A stretch of DNA of 64,000 bases from Octopus vulgaris. Its lineage: Eukaryota. Where the stretch lies: the NCBI GenBank assembly GCA_951406725.2, contig OX597822.1, positions 23,436,001 through 23,500,000 on the forward strand, written 5' to 3'. The position numbers were made by a program, and so were the translations under genes. How positions within the stretch are numbered: position 1 is the stretch's first letter; each line of letters starts with the position of its first letter. The notes below the pieces were generated by a model. That model worked only from the letters and a program-made list of their open reading frames with translations. It was not told the DNA's origin and searched no databases. Below are positions 25,676-39,380 of this stretch, in pieces.

Positions 25676-26392
25676 ATATATATATGTGTGTACGTACATA
25701 CATGCATATATACACCAGACGCACACAAATAAAAAAAATTATCAGGAAGAAAAACAAAAGTAGAAATATCTAAAAGAAAAGAAACCCCAATAAACTGTGT
25801 CAGTACAGAGAATATTGGAGAAGATGAGGAAGAGGAAGAAAGAGAAGAAGAAGAAGAAGAAGAAAGAGAAGAAGAAGAAGAAGAAGAAGAAGAAGAAGAA
25901 AGGCAATGCCTGTTGATGTTGTGTTTTGGTACTTTTCCCTCTCTTTTTGGGATATCAGCAATAGTTTCCTTTCCCTTCACCCATGCACACACACACACAC
26001 ACACATGCACACACACGCACACACATACACAAATACAATGCACGCACTCACGCACACGCACACGCACACACACACACTCACAATATATATAATTATATAT
26101 ATATATATATATTTGTTTACTCAACTTTCGTTCTTTTTGTAGACAGTGCAATAGAAGCAACAACAACAACAGCAACAACAACATCAGCAACAACAACAAC
26201 AGCAACAACAATAACAACGAAATTATTGCAGCATTTTTTTTCTGCCTTGTTTAATAGAAAACCCAATGAAACGAACACCGACAATCGTTTGATCTTTCTC
26301 GGATCAATGACAGGATTTATTGAGCTTTTTCATAGACATAAAACACACACGATCATATATTATTATCACTATTATTATTATTATTATTATTA

Positions 26393-26489
<97 letters not shown>

Positions 26490-26650
26490 CATTATTGTGT
26501 ACACATGACATGCACGCTTACATGCACACGTTTATGTGTGTGTAAATGCATGTATGTGTATATATATATATATACATATATACATGATTATGTATTTATA
26601 TATATACATCTGTATATATGTATATATATATGTATATATATCCGTGTGTG

Positions 26651-26682
<32 letters not shown>

Positions 26683-27177
26683 GTATCTGTGTGTGTATAT
26701 ATACCAATATGTGCACTTATATATGTGTTCACATAAGACATAATGCAGTGAACACGCTGTCACACACGCACATATACACGCATCCGCACATATATATGCA
26801 TCCGTCCGTACACGCGCATACACGCACATACATACACATACTCATATATAGTTATAGACAATAGCGCTTTTATAAATACAACACAATAGACATGCGAAAT
26901 ACGGAGGCCCATACCGCCCACGCACATTCACACCTTGTATATTGGCAGAAACGTACTCTGCTACACTAAATTCATTACCTACGTATATATATACACACAC
27001 ACACATACATGGACATGCACACGTACACACACACACACACACACACATTCACACACACACACACACACTCACTTGCGAACGCGTACAAAATACCAAATTA
27101 GACATAGCGATAAGATAATGCATCTTACCAACTAAGCTTATACACACCGCGAAGAAACAAAACATTACCTGCGTTTA

Positions 27178-27234
<57 letters not shown>

Positions 27235-27333
27235 CATACATATATATATAAATACATATATATATATATACGTATATATATGTATGTATGTATATATATA
27301 TATATATATGTACATATATATATATATATGTAC

Positions 27334-27365
<32 letters not shown>

Positions 27366-28036
27366 ATATATATATATACGTAAAAAATGCACTAACACAC
27401 GCATACATATCGACACTTACACATATCAATATAAGAACATGCATAAATACATAAGCATATATACACATAGACACACAGACAAACACAGATACAGCCAAAC
27501 AGACAGACACACACACACATGCACACACACACCCACACAGACCATGTAGATTATTAAGTACATGCTAGGCGCCATGAAAATTACACCCACACATACAAAC
27601 ATGTCCAAATGTTCTCACATGCATACATACATAATGCATACATATATATATACACACATGCATATATAATGTGTACGGTAGTACGTGAACATCCACACAC
27701 GTAGATGCACACACAGACACGCGTGCATAGCCACATACTCCTCATAAAAGAAAAATATGGCAAACATATATTGCACACGCGTATACTAATCTCTCTTGAT
27801 ATACCTGCATCAAAAGTTATACTTATAGTGAACCATTGGAACGCGTGCGCGCCACACACATGCGCGTGCGCGCACACTCGCATACATACATATATACATA
27901 CATCATTATATATATACATATATAAATATATATACATACATATATACATCTATACATATATATACATATATATACATGTATGTATAGAAACTCAAATATA
28001 TATACATATATATACATACAGATATAAGTGTATGTG

Positions 28037-28085
<49 letters not shown>

Positions 28086-29319
28086 GTATATATATATATA
28101 TTCATACATACGCATGTATATATAAATGTGAGTGTGTTTGTACATATATATGTATGTATGTATGTATGCATGCATGCATGTATGTTTGTATGTATGTACC
28201 TACATATGCTTGTATGTATGTACGTACGTATATATGTTTGTATGTATAGATGTATGTACGTAGGTACGTATGTATGTTTTTATGTATGTATGTCTGCATT
28301 GTTTGCGTGTTGATTTGGGCATTACATTGCAATAAGTGTATGCCTTCCATAATTAATCTGTTTTTTTTATGAGGAATTTTATAAAGAATGTAAGTATTCT
28401 CCTGTAGTATTTCCAACCTAGTTTTGTTTTGTGGTTTATCATACATTGTTTTCCAGTAGCTCCAATGAGTTTAAACTGATATGCTGCAACATCAAAACTG
28501 GAAACTTCCTTTTCAGTAACGCACCACAATCATGTAAACCCGAGAAGAAATTAAGTATAGCCAATAGAATCAATAATTTTGACTGTAAAACTGAAAATTG
28601 TAAAATTCAGGACATTGGACATACTAGTACCACACCTTCCCGTGTGTTTACTATGCATTTACAATATAGAGCTAAAGCAAAATTTTCTACTACTCATCAG
28701 GAAGCAAAATTAGATAGGAAAATAAGAGGAGAAATCCTACATACTCTAAAATTTCTTCACAAAATGGAATGTACACTGTGTGTGTATGTTTGTGTGTGTG
28801 TGGCATGTGTGTGTGCTTGTGTTCACACATATATATGTTTGCGTGTATATGTGTATATATGTATATAGTGTTCAAAAAAATATCATACTACAGCAGTTAG
28901 TAAATATGGTATTTGTTTGATACGTCAATAGAAAAAGAGCGTGTTATAACGTTTTGTTTTGTTGGTTGTTCATCAGAAGAAAAGGAAGAAAAAGCGAAGC
29001 ATGGGCAGAATGAGAAAGCTAAAAATTGAGTGTGCGAAAGAGGAAAAGAAAAGCGGGTGAGCATGACACACGAGAAAGGTAATTTGCTAGACAGCAGAGG
29101 TGGGGAGAAAGTGGTGGAGGTGTAGATGCAGAGTATATCCGTGTCTGGAAGTGGACATAAAGTGAAGTGGGCATAAGAGGTGTGGTGTGTCCGTGTAATA
29201 GTTTGCTGGGTAGTCTTAAAGAATGTTTGTGCGGAAGTGAGTTTTGCGTGAGAATAAAAATAATAAACAGGAGATGCAAATATATACACCCACCCACACA
29301 CACATGTTAATCCCTACAC

Positions 29320-29489
29320 ATTTAATTTTCTCTCTCCGTCTTTTTTCGTTCTCTCTCCATTATTTTCCTCTCAGCCCTTTCTGATGAAGAGCGCGTAAGT
29401 TCGAAACGTCAATGACTTTTCCATTGTTCCCGAGCGTCAAACTAATACACCTACTTTCTGTTCTCGCACCTGTCTTTTGTTTTCTATAA

Positions 29490-29497
<8 letters not shown>
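29320..29497 (+). mobile_element. HHR-bearing PLE-derived repeat (canonical CUGAUGA core)
   Basis: 29381-29410 ctgatga-a-gagc-gcgtaa-gttc-gaa-acgt-c; followed by the family tail and (TA)n; stem I is decayed. Confidence 0.7.
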
Positions 29498-29531
<34 letters not shown>

Positions 29532-29536
<5 letters not shown>

Positions 29537-30293
29537 CATCTATTGCATCTCCTGCTCTCTCTGCCATTCCCTGTACATCGGACAAACAGGAAGCCGCTTG
29601 GCTGACCAGTTCGCGGAACACCTCCGAGACATCCGTCTCGCCAATTACACACCAGTCTCACGCCATTTCCGCTCCACCGGTCACTCCTTGCAACACCTGT
29701 CTGTGTTCGGATTGTCCTTGCACAGAGGCCATCCGGATTCTCGCTTGCGCCGTGAACAGGGATTAATCTTATCTCTTCGCTCTTTTACGCCATTTGGGCT
29801 CAACTCTCCCCCTTTTCATCTAACCTCCGCCCCGACTCCTACTTCTCTTCAGTCCTTCATCTTTTCACCCCTACTCTCTTTCCCTCCTCTTCCCTTCTTT
29901 CCCTTCTTTCCCTTCTTCCCCCTTCTTCCCTCTTCTTCTTTCTTCTTCCCTCTTCTCCTTCTCTCTTTCTCTCTGCTCCCTCACTCCCCTTCTCTCCCCT
30001 CCTCCTCTCCCTACCACTCCCCTCCTTCCCCTCCCCCTTTCCCTCCAATCCCTCCTTCTCCTCCTCTCTCCCCTGAAGTCAGAACGCCATGATAGACCGT
30101 TAGCTTCTACACGCATTTTTTCTCTCTCCTTGTTTCACTCTTTGTTTCTTTTCTGTGTATCTTTCTGTCGAAGAGCGTAGGCTCGAAACGTAAAAGACTT
30201 GTTCTATTTCTATTCCTGAGCGCCATACTAATACATTTGTTTGTTTGTACCCCACCTGCCTTCGTCTTTTGTTTATTTTCGTTAACCTTCCCG

Positions 30294-30295
<2 letters not shown>
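29532..30295 (+). mobile_element. 5'-truncated Penelope-like retroelement: GIY-YIG endonuclease end, pyrimidine tract, HHR-bearing pLTR
   Basis: In frame with ORF 29598: NIIYCISCSLCHSLYIGQTGSRLADQFAEH..PVSRHF..GH..RLRREQ..L..FTPFGLN, the PLE GIY-YIG with CCHH motif; flanked by (TA)n on both sides. Confidence 0.9.
30160..30197 (+). ncRNA. Minimal hammerhead-like motif (CUGUCGA core, extra A, palindromic ACGU stem III)
   Basis: Stem I tcttt/aaaga, stem II gagc/gctc, gaa-acgt-a. Confidence 0.6.
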
Positions 30296-30360
<65 letters not shown>

Positions 30361-31000
30361 TACATACATAAATTACATACATATACGTGTGTGTATATAT
30401 GTAAGCGTGTGTATGTTCTTGTGTATGTGAGTATGAACGCGTGCGTGTGTGCATGTGCCGTAACGTATTTAGCGTAACTGGTGTCTGTATTAGAAAAGAC
30501 GGCAGAACTTTAGGAAGAAATTCGTGGATTTCTACGTCAGCGTAGAGAACGTATAGAAAAATTTGCAACATACCGCGGTTGGCAAACGCAATAAAAATAC
30601 CAATTATTCAATGTTTGATGAAAGAGAATTCTTTTTAACGTTTAGGACTGAAATCCTTCATCAGATAGAAGAGAAAGAATGAGAGAAGGTAAAAGAAAGA
30701 AAAAGCGTAGAGCCGAAAGCTACATTTTACTGTCGCTAATGCCTTTCCAAAATAGCACAAGCGTAAGAAATACGTGATCTTTCGGGTCTCATTTCTTTCG
30801 ATTTTTTCTCTCTCTTGTTCTCTCTCACTCTCTCTTTCTTCCTTTGTCCCTTTCTCTTCTCTCTCCCTCTCTCTCCTCTTCGCATTTCTCTACTACGAAG
30901 GAACATCACACCGAAAATATTTCTCTTCCCCCAATTGTGCAATTATTTTTGACGAGTTTGCATTGCTCCTGTGTTGCTGTCTGTCTGTCTGCCGCTCTCA

Positions 31001-31064
<64 letters not shown>

Positions 31065-31745
31065 AAGTAATGGAACAGGGATTTGTCATCGCAGCAGGTA
31101 CCTTCTTAGCACTATGAAATAATCTAGATCTGGCTACGTACACCGGATGATAGAGAATGTGCGTAATTGTTTAAGACAAGCATTTTAAAGATTCTTCGAT
31201 AGGAAAATCCTGAGTTCATACCATTCGATTTCATACAGCATATAGAGTATATAATCAAAACATCTTAAAGAAGAATGGCGAAGTATTCATCTTTAAAATT
31301 TATTTATCACTGTATTATTCTCAATAAATTTATATTATTGAGAATAATAAAAAAACGATAATACCATAATGAATAAATGTTGGAGATATATAATTCTGCA
31401 TTTTTCTTTTCGTTGTCTTGATATATAAATAATATCGAACGCACATACGCAAGGTATGTGTTTTGCTAGTTCGTGGCAAAGCTGCGCTTATAAGTACAAG
31501 AGAATGTATTCTCATCAATTCGCCTGGTGTTAAAACACCTAAAAGTCATAGACAAGCGAGAAAATTCGCATTTGGTCCCATTCAGGAGCTATAAACATCG
31601 ATGTTTCGTGATTTTTGTCATTGCCAATATCGTGTACAAAATTGTGTAAGAACCATCTGTTGGTATGTCCCAACGCTTCATACCACGGAAAAAAATTCAA
31701 ATATGAATGAGAAGCAACTCGGGGTATATAAAAAATATCGAGCAC

Positions 31746-31795
<50 letters not shown>

Positions 31796-31836
31796 GTACA
31801 CCTCTTCTAACACACTCTCTCTCTCTCTCTCTCTCT

Positions 31837-31879
<43 letters not shown>

Positions 31880-32086
31880 GAGAGAGAGAGAGGCTAACAT
31901 GCAAAGATATATGTGTGTTTGCATGTGTGTGGTGTATATGTGTGTGTGTACGTGTGTAAGAATGTGCGTTAGTGTGTGTATATCTGTATGTATACAAAAT
32001 GATACACTTATAAGAAAAACCAAGGCTAACTACGGTGGAAACCGTTTCTCACAAACATACACAAACGTTCAACGTAGAAAATTGCA

Positions 32087-32133
<47 letters not shown>

Positions 32134-32501
32134 ACTGATAGGAATTTCTAATATATTTTTTACCGAAAAAACTTCACAATTCATCAAGAATTTGTTATTA
32201 ATTTTTTTTTCGTTTCTGATTTACATTACAAAACAAGGTAATATACATATATAAAAAAAAATTAGGAGGTCAACCAATTTCTTTTCACATGGAATTAATG
32301 AGTTACGGATGGTTCTGAGGATAAAGAAAGGACATGGCATTAATGGTGTTCGTAGTTTGATCGATTGATGTATGTAATGTAGCTTCAATTTAATTTGTTT
32401 AATTAGAGAAAATCAATCGGTGACAAGAGGAGATAAGAAGAAAAAACAGATGTATTCAGCACAGAAAATAATTGATGTTTGTGTGTGTGTGTGCGTATAT
32501 A

Positions 32502-32548
<47 letters not shown>

Positions 32549-32674
32549 AACACACACGCACGCACACACACACGTACGCACACACACACACGTATGTATT
32601 TATGTATGTATATATACATATATATATGTAAATGTATGTATATGTATATATAGATATATATACACACACAAACA

Positions 32675-33477
32675 TATATTTATATAAAAGGCAGTTTGTC
32701 TGTCTGTGTGTGTGTCTGTCTGTGTGTGTGTCTGTCTGTGTGTCCGTCTGTGTGTCTGTCAGGTTGTACCCTCACCCTGACCACGGCTTTCAACCGATTT
32801 TGATGAAACTTGACACACACATAGCCCAATGTCATAATTCAAAACTAACGCAGCGAAAATTTTGAAAAGTTCTCCTAGTTCTGAAAAAAATCGATAAATT
32901 CGACATGGGGTCGATAATCTAAGCTTATCACATGCAACACATTTTCCGTTGTAGTTTTCGCAACTTGCAATCGATTTTCACCAAACTCACGGTGAAGCTT
33001 AATGTTACACTAAGGAACTTAATTCTTACGTTAGTTTTCCATGCAATACCTTACCATCAGAAAAATCGATAAAATCATGCCATTTTGGGAAATCGCGTTC
33101 AAATTCAAGATGACATATTTTCGACAATAACTTTAACAAATTGGCAGGAATTTTTTTTTAATTCACAGCGGGCATCATGTCTGCTCCAAGGAGCTATATG
33201 GTCCTTTTGATTCCAATAGGATACGTTATTACTGGAAAAAATCGGTTAATTACATCATATGTGGCACACATAGCAAACCGATTTTTGAAAGTTCACATAG
33301 ATTTTGCCTACTTCTTCATGCATGCAAAGAAACGGTGCCTTGAATGCCTTAATGCCTTTTAGGCTTCATTTTACAAAATTACGGTTCAATGAGTACAAAA
33401 AAGGGTAAAATGGTAAAGGGCATTGCTTATCGACAAAGTTTCTTACATACCCGAGCAACGCCGGGCTATGCTGCTAG
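32675..33477 (+). mobile_element. Non-autonomous Helitron with 5' (GTCT/GT)n microsatellite
   Basis: Ends cccgagcaacgccggg-ctatgctg-CTAG followed by t; same hairpin as 18906-19295; 5' tatataaa then (gtct)n. Confidence 0.85.
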
Positions 33478-33604
33478 TATATATATATATATATATATAC
33501 AAATACAAATATACATATACACCCACACATATATACATATATATATATATATGCATATATATATATATGTGTGTATATATATGTATATATATATATATAC
33601 ACAC

Positions 33605-33648
<44 letters not shown>

Positions 33649-33991
33649 ATATATATGTATATATATATGTATATATATGTGTATGTATATATATGGAGAG
33701 AAATAACTTCCTAAATATAAGCTTTTCTTAAAAACGCTAAGAGTAAAAGATGTTTTATATGACACATTCTAGTAGTGTCCGAAGTTTGAAAGTTTTTAGT
33801 TACAAAAAATTATTCTTTAAATCTGTCGGTCAAAATGTAAAGATCCCATTATAAATATTATTGATATCACACACTTAATGTAAGCGTTTTGTTTACATAA
33901 TATTTTGGGCTGCGGTTTTACGTCCTGGAAGAGTCTCTATAAGGCGTAGAGTGTAAAAAGAAAACCCCACTGTATACGTCAATGTAAATAC

Positions 33992-34408
33992 CTATTTCTT
34001 TACTACCCACAGGGGGCTAAACACAGAAGGGACAAACAAGGACAGACAAACGGATTAAGTCGATTATATCGACCCCAGTGTGTAACTGGTACTTATTTAA
34101 TCTACCTCGAAAGAATGAAAGGTAAAGTCGACCTCGGCGGAATTTGAACTCAGAACGTAGCGGCAGACGAAATACCTATTTCTTTATTACCCACAAGGGG
34201 CTAAACACAGAGGGGACAAACAAGGACAGACATAGGTATTAAGTCGATTACATCGACCCCAGTGCGTAACTGGTACTTAATTTATCGACCCCGAAAGGAT
34301 GAAAGGCAAAGTCGACCTCGGCGGAATTTGAACTCACGACGTAACGACAGACGAAATACCGCTAAGCATTTCGCCCGGTGCGCTAACGATTCTGCCAGCT
34401 CGCCGCCT
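33992..34408 (-). mobile_element. SINE family B dimer (full-length unit plus 5'-truncated unit)
   Basis: Two bodies and tails in tandem; one outer direct repeat caatgtaaata (33980-33990, 34413-34423). Confidence 0.9.
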
Positions 34409-34521
34409 TTTCCAATGTAAATAACGAACTCCAAAAAGCATTTAAACAAAACACATGCATTAATTATGCGACATCAATGTTTAATTATTGGAGCTGCTTG
34501 TAACTCAAAATTTAATTTAAT

Positions 34522-34990
34522 TTTATTTGTTTCAGGCATTTGGCTGCGGCCATGCTATAGCACCGCCTTGGAGTGCTTTTGTCGAACAATTCAACCTCTA
34601 CAAACATTTTTAAGCCTACTACTTACTCTATTGGTCTCTTTGCGGAACCGCGACGAGGACGTAAACACACCAACACCTGTTGTCAACCGTTGATGTGTGG
34701 ACAAAAACAGACACGAAGACACACATACATATATACATACATACACACACACACACATATAATATATATATATATATAATATATATATATATACAAACAT
34801 ACAGACATACACACATACATATATACACGACGGGTTTCTTTCAGTTTCCGTCTACCAAATCCACTCAGAAGGCTTCGGTCGCCCGAGGCTATAGTAGAAA
34901 ACACTCGCCCAAGATGCTACGCAGTGGGACTGAACCTGGAACCATGTGGTTGGGAAGCAAGTTTCTTACCACACAGCCATGCCTGCGCCC
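34522..34990 (-). mobile_element. Full-length SINE family A
   Basis: Reverse complement colinear with 8699-9155; internal CA/TA repeat. Confidence 0.88.
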
Positions 34991-35562
34991 TATACATTAT
35001 TGTATAATGCATTACAGAGGTATATAATGAAGTAATTCCCATGGACGATGAACTCGTTGGATAATAACATCTGAATTTACACAATGTCTGAAATATACGA
35101 TGGGAAGGTCGAGGGTGGAACGCCTTTGATCATAGGTTTCTTGGTCAGGGCCATTAGGAGGCAAAAATCTCCCATAACCGCAATAAAAATTTTAAGGTGC
35201 GTGTTTAAGATTTAGAGATGTTCAGTTTTAAATTAGAGATGTAATTAGAGCGTGTTGTAGTTAATTAGGCACACGATTGCATGATAAATGTGTAATCAGT
35301 AACTAAGGATGTTGATGTTGATGGCGATGATGATGACGACGGTCACAACGATGGCGGCGATGATGATGATGATGATGATGATGATGGTGGTGATGATGAC
35401 AACGACGACAACGACTACAACGTTGGCGGCGATGATGATAACCTAATGATGACGATGGTGGTTGTGATGGTGATGGTTTCATTACAATTGCCCCGATGAC
35501 ATTGAAAACGACACCCGCTGATGAGGATGACGAAGATCACAACAACGACGCGAAGTTGCTGT

Positions 35563-35594
<32 letters not shown>

Positions 35595-35617
35595 TTGCTG
35601 CTGCTATTGCTGCTGCT

Positions 35618-35936
35618 GTTGAGCGAACGGTCTTCGTCCCAGAGCTCGCAAGATGGGAGAAGTCCGAAACGTGGTCCTTTACTATTCGTAAGACCCGCAG
35701 AAGAGAAAGCAGGTCAACCCCCGACACCGAGAGCGTCGGGGACAAGAAACAGGAAGAAAGAGTGAGAGAAAGTTGGAGCGAAAGAGTACGACAGGTGTCA
35801 CCACCACCCTCTGCCGGAGCCTCGTGGAGCTTTGGGTGTTTTCGCTCAATAAACACACAACGCTCGGTCTGGGAATCGAAACCGCGATCCTCCGACAGCG
35901 AGTCCGCTGCCCTAACCACTGGGCCATTGCGCCTCC
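35618..35936 (-). mobile_element. SINE family C with (CAA/CAG)n tail
   Basis: Same head as 844-1097; body matches 57257-57600. Confidence 0.88.
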
Positions 35937-36314
35937 CGCTGCTGTTGCTGCTGCTGCTACTAGTACTGCTCCTGCTGATGATGATGTTGATAATTATGAT
36001 GATGATGGTGATATAGAACGGATTATGCTCTAGTTTTGATTTCGATTTTCACTTCGACAGGAAAAGGTGGGTATCAATAACATTGATAGAAACGAAAAGT
36101 ACGAAAACCACCTCCAGCGTCTCGATGACTGATATCATATTACGACCTGCCAATAACAAAGAACAAAGCAACTAAAAGCATTGATAGCGCTTCCCCACCC
36201 ATAAAGAGCTGATAACCGCCTGCACATACATAGACACAGACACACACACACACACACACACTGCAGAACGCTCGGAATTTTGACCCAGTTTAATTTTGAT
36301 CATGCCTTACCATA

Positions 36315-36526
36315 CGAGGGGCTGCTGAAAAGTTCCTGGGCTTTGTGTAAAAGAGAATAGAGGAGGATCAGTTAATTATGATCTTATTCCATCTATTTCC
36401 CCCAGACTCACGCACTTATTGCAGCTGTGTTTCAGTTTTTCTAAATCTTGCAAAAGAATTCGGAAGGTTGAGCCTCCAGCCAGGTTTTTAGCGACACCCT
36501 TAAAGCTAAGAAATTTTCAGAACCCT

Positions 36527-36531
<5 letters not shown>
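36315..36531. mobile_element. Mariner-type MITE
   Basis: ta|cgaggggctgctgaaaagttcc ... aattttcagaaccctcctcg inverted termini; paralogous to 36580-37155. Confidence 0.75.
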
Positions 36532-36561
<30 letters not shown>

Positions 36562-36579
36562 CGCTCGCGTGTGTGTATA

Positions 36580-37155
36580 CGAGGTACCGCTGAAAGGTTT
36601 CTGGCTTTGGGTAAAAGAAAATACAGGAGAAAATACATAATCAATTATGATTTTATTCAACACTAGCACTATGACCCGGTAACGCCGGGTCATAGTGCTA
36701 GTGCATGCATATACATCTGCCTGCGTGCGCAAATACACGCGATTACTGTCCAAATCTCCGACCAATCACATACAGCTAGCTGGCATAAAATGGCGTATCA
36801 AGTTTCGGGCATTTTGATTGGGTTTTGCATAGAAAATTCACCAAAAATCACTTCTATTGATTTGTTTAATGGCTTTGCGGCGTGACTGGGGAAATGTAAA
36901 GAAGTGCACGACCCCCCTTGGACGGTTTTGAATGGCCATAGAAAGTGCGAGGTCTCTAATTGAAAAATTGTGGATTTGTATAAAGGGTACACACACACAC
37001 ACACACACAGACAGACATTTTGCAGTTTATATGTAGAGAGATATTCCCCTCTCATATTCACTCAGTTATTGCAGCGGTCCTTCAAATTTTCTAAGCCCTG
37101 TAAAAGAACTCTTTCGCGACACCCTTAAAGCCGGGAACTTTTCAGCACTCCCTCG
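36580..37155. mobile_element. Second copy of the mariner-type MITE, interrupted by a Helitron
   Basis: ta|cgaggtaccgctgaaagg ... gaacttttcagcactccctcg|ta. Confidence 0.78.
36663..37041 (-). mobile_element. Non-autonomous Helitron
   Basis: TC start and CTAG end on the minus strand, A|T insertion site; removing it restores the MITE sequence seen at 36380-36425. Confidence 0.82.
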
Positions 37156-37829
37156 TACGTCGTTCAGTGATCCACTAGAACGCATCATCAGTGGTAATTC
37201 CTAATATCATTACAAGTATCGAGTCTTTTAACAACCAGGCACCCTCATCCAGGTGACCCAGCCAGGGACGATTGAGCTGCAGCTTAGCAATAATTCTGGT
37301 AACACTGCTCTTTTCCTGGGCTCAAAGTGCTTGATCTACTACCAACTTGACCTTCCGTTTACTGACTCCTCTATTGTTGCAAGCTCTGTAACTATTTCAC
37401 ATCCACTATGCTCTATATATCTACGATATTTAACAAGAATGTTAATCCCTGTACGATTCCTGGTGTCGTGTTGTGTCCTTGAACAAGACAATTTATTTAA
37501 ACGGTGCTCCAGTCTACTCAGCAAGCAAAAATGAGTAGCACCTGCATTTCAAGGGGATAGCCTTGTCACACATGTGTGTAACGCTGAATCTCCCTCAAAA
37601 GAATGTGAAGGAGTATCCGTGTCTGTGCAGTGGTCAGCCACTTGCACCTTAATCTCACGAGCGAGCTGTGTATGCTTTATATTCGTGTGAGCCTTCTATT
37701 TGTACTTTGGCCCGATACACAATCCTTTTCTCCAGACATTTTCCTTCCAACGGAAAGGAGGTCTCATCTTTGTAATTACAATTCTTCGGATTTGAATCAG
37801 CACTGCAGCTATCTGTAATTATTTTAGTA

Positions 37830-38420
37830 TTGCGTTGGCTAATGAAAGAGGTGAAGTTTTTACAACAAGAATAGCTGATCTTCAGCGTTCTTCTATTAAA
37901 TATTCTGTAAAACTAGGTTGAAAATGCTTAGAAACTAATTTTAAGAATCCTCTACCTATATTAGTTTTTATGCTATATTAAATGCTGGTTTGAACCACAA
38001 AACCCTCCTATTTCTAGTTCTACGTGTGGTATTGTTGTTTGCATTAACTTGGTTGTACTAGATCTTCTCAGAGAATCCACCATTCTTTAATACGCTGTTG
38101 TAATAGGGTGCAGCATTTTGAAATGCTATCTCATCCGAAGAAATCGATATTATCTTACCTACATTATTGACTAAGTTCCTAAGAATAATTGGTGGTTGAT
38201 TAGATTCTTTGCTAATATAAGATAGGTTTTTATTAGGCTTACGGTAAGGTTTGAATTTATCTAACTGTAGATCTGAATTTATGGGTGAGTATAAGGCCGT
38301 CATAATTTAAACGTCCATGAATTAGATAAGCTTAGGAAGGATCTAATTGTTTTCTTCCAAAGGATGGGTTTACGGATTACGACAGATAGTAATCTTAAAA
38401 GCGTAGGTTTCTTAGATATA
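37830..38420 (-). mobile_element. Penelope-like RT relic with inverted 5' segment
   Basis: Minus: DLQLDKFKPYRKPNKNLSYISKESNQPP..AAPYYNSVLKNGGF..WFKPAF..KTNIGRGFLKLVSKHF. Plus 38320-38420: ELDKLRKDLIVFFQRMGLRIT..VGFLDI. Confidence 0.82.
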
Positions 38421-38584
38421 AATACAGGACATCTCCAACAGCAAATAACATGAAATACGAAAACAAATGAGTTCAATTCGCAAACAACGACAGAAATAAA
38501 TAGAAAACAGGACAAGTAACACAAAGAACGACCCTCCATCAGTTGTCGGCTGTCTATCTACTCCTCATTTCGAGCATACATACA

Positions 38585-38620
<36 letters not shown>

Positions 38621-38678
38621 TGTATGTATGTATGTATGTATGTATGTATGTATGTATCTATCTATCTATCTATCTATA

Positions 38679-38725
<47 letters not shown>

Positions 38726-38938
38726 ACTCGTAAAATACTGTGTGCATTTAAACACATTAGGAATCCACTCGTGGAATCAACACGCTAGAAAGAACAGCTA
38801 GGTTCTATAACCACGAAACTAGGGACAAAATTCGACAGGAACGAAATGAAAAAATAAAAGCATTTTACCATCTAGTTTCCTGGACCAATTGGCTTCTGAT
38901 TTTAGTTTAGTAAAAAAATAATATTCGCTAGGTGAAAT

Positions 38939-39166
38939 CTTCTTCAACAGGTACACCTTAGATTAAATATATAAAAAATGAGACGATCAACTACGTGCCT
39001 CTTGTTTATACATCCTAATTTTTTCAAAATCTATTGCGCAGACGCAGCCCCTCACCGGCAATAAAAAAAATGCCAACTTTTAAAATCCGAAAATTATCCA
39101 AAAACTTCACATAGTTGATCGCCTCTTGTTTTACATATTTAATCTAAGGTGTACCTGTTGAAGAAG
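38939..39166. mobile_element. MITE-like element with about 58-bp inverted repeats
   Basis: cttcttcaacaggtacaccttagattaaatat..gatcaactacgtg pairs with 39108-39166; right side cut by SINE A. Confidence 0.75.
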
Positions 39167-39347
39167 CACCGCCTTTAGTCGAACGAATCGACCCCAGAAC
39201 TTATTCTTTGTAAGCCTAGTACTTATTTTACCGGTGTTCTTTTGCCGAATCGCTGTTACGGGTACGTAAACAAACGATCATTGGTTGTCAAGCGATGGTG
39301 GGGGAACAAACACAGACACAGACACAGACAGACAGACAGACAGACAG

Positions 39348-39380
<33 letters not shown>

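Noticed and set aside
31470-31583. Protein-like frame RGKAALISTRECILINSPGVKTPK..QEL-stop after an acceptor-like site
   Set aside because: Short, no recognisable domain, within chance expectation.
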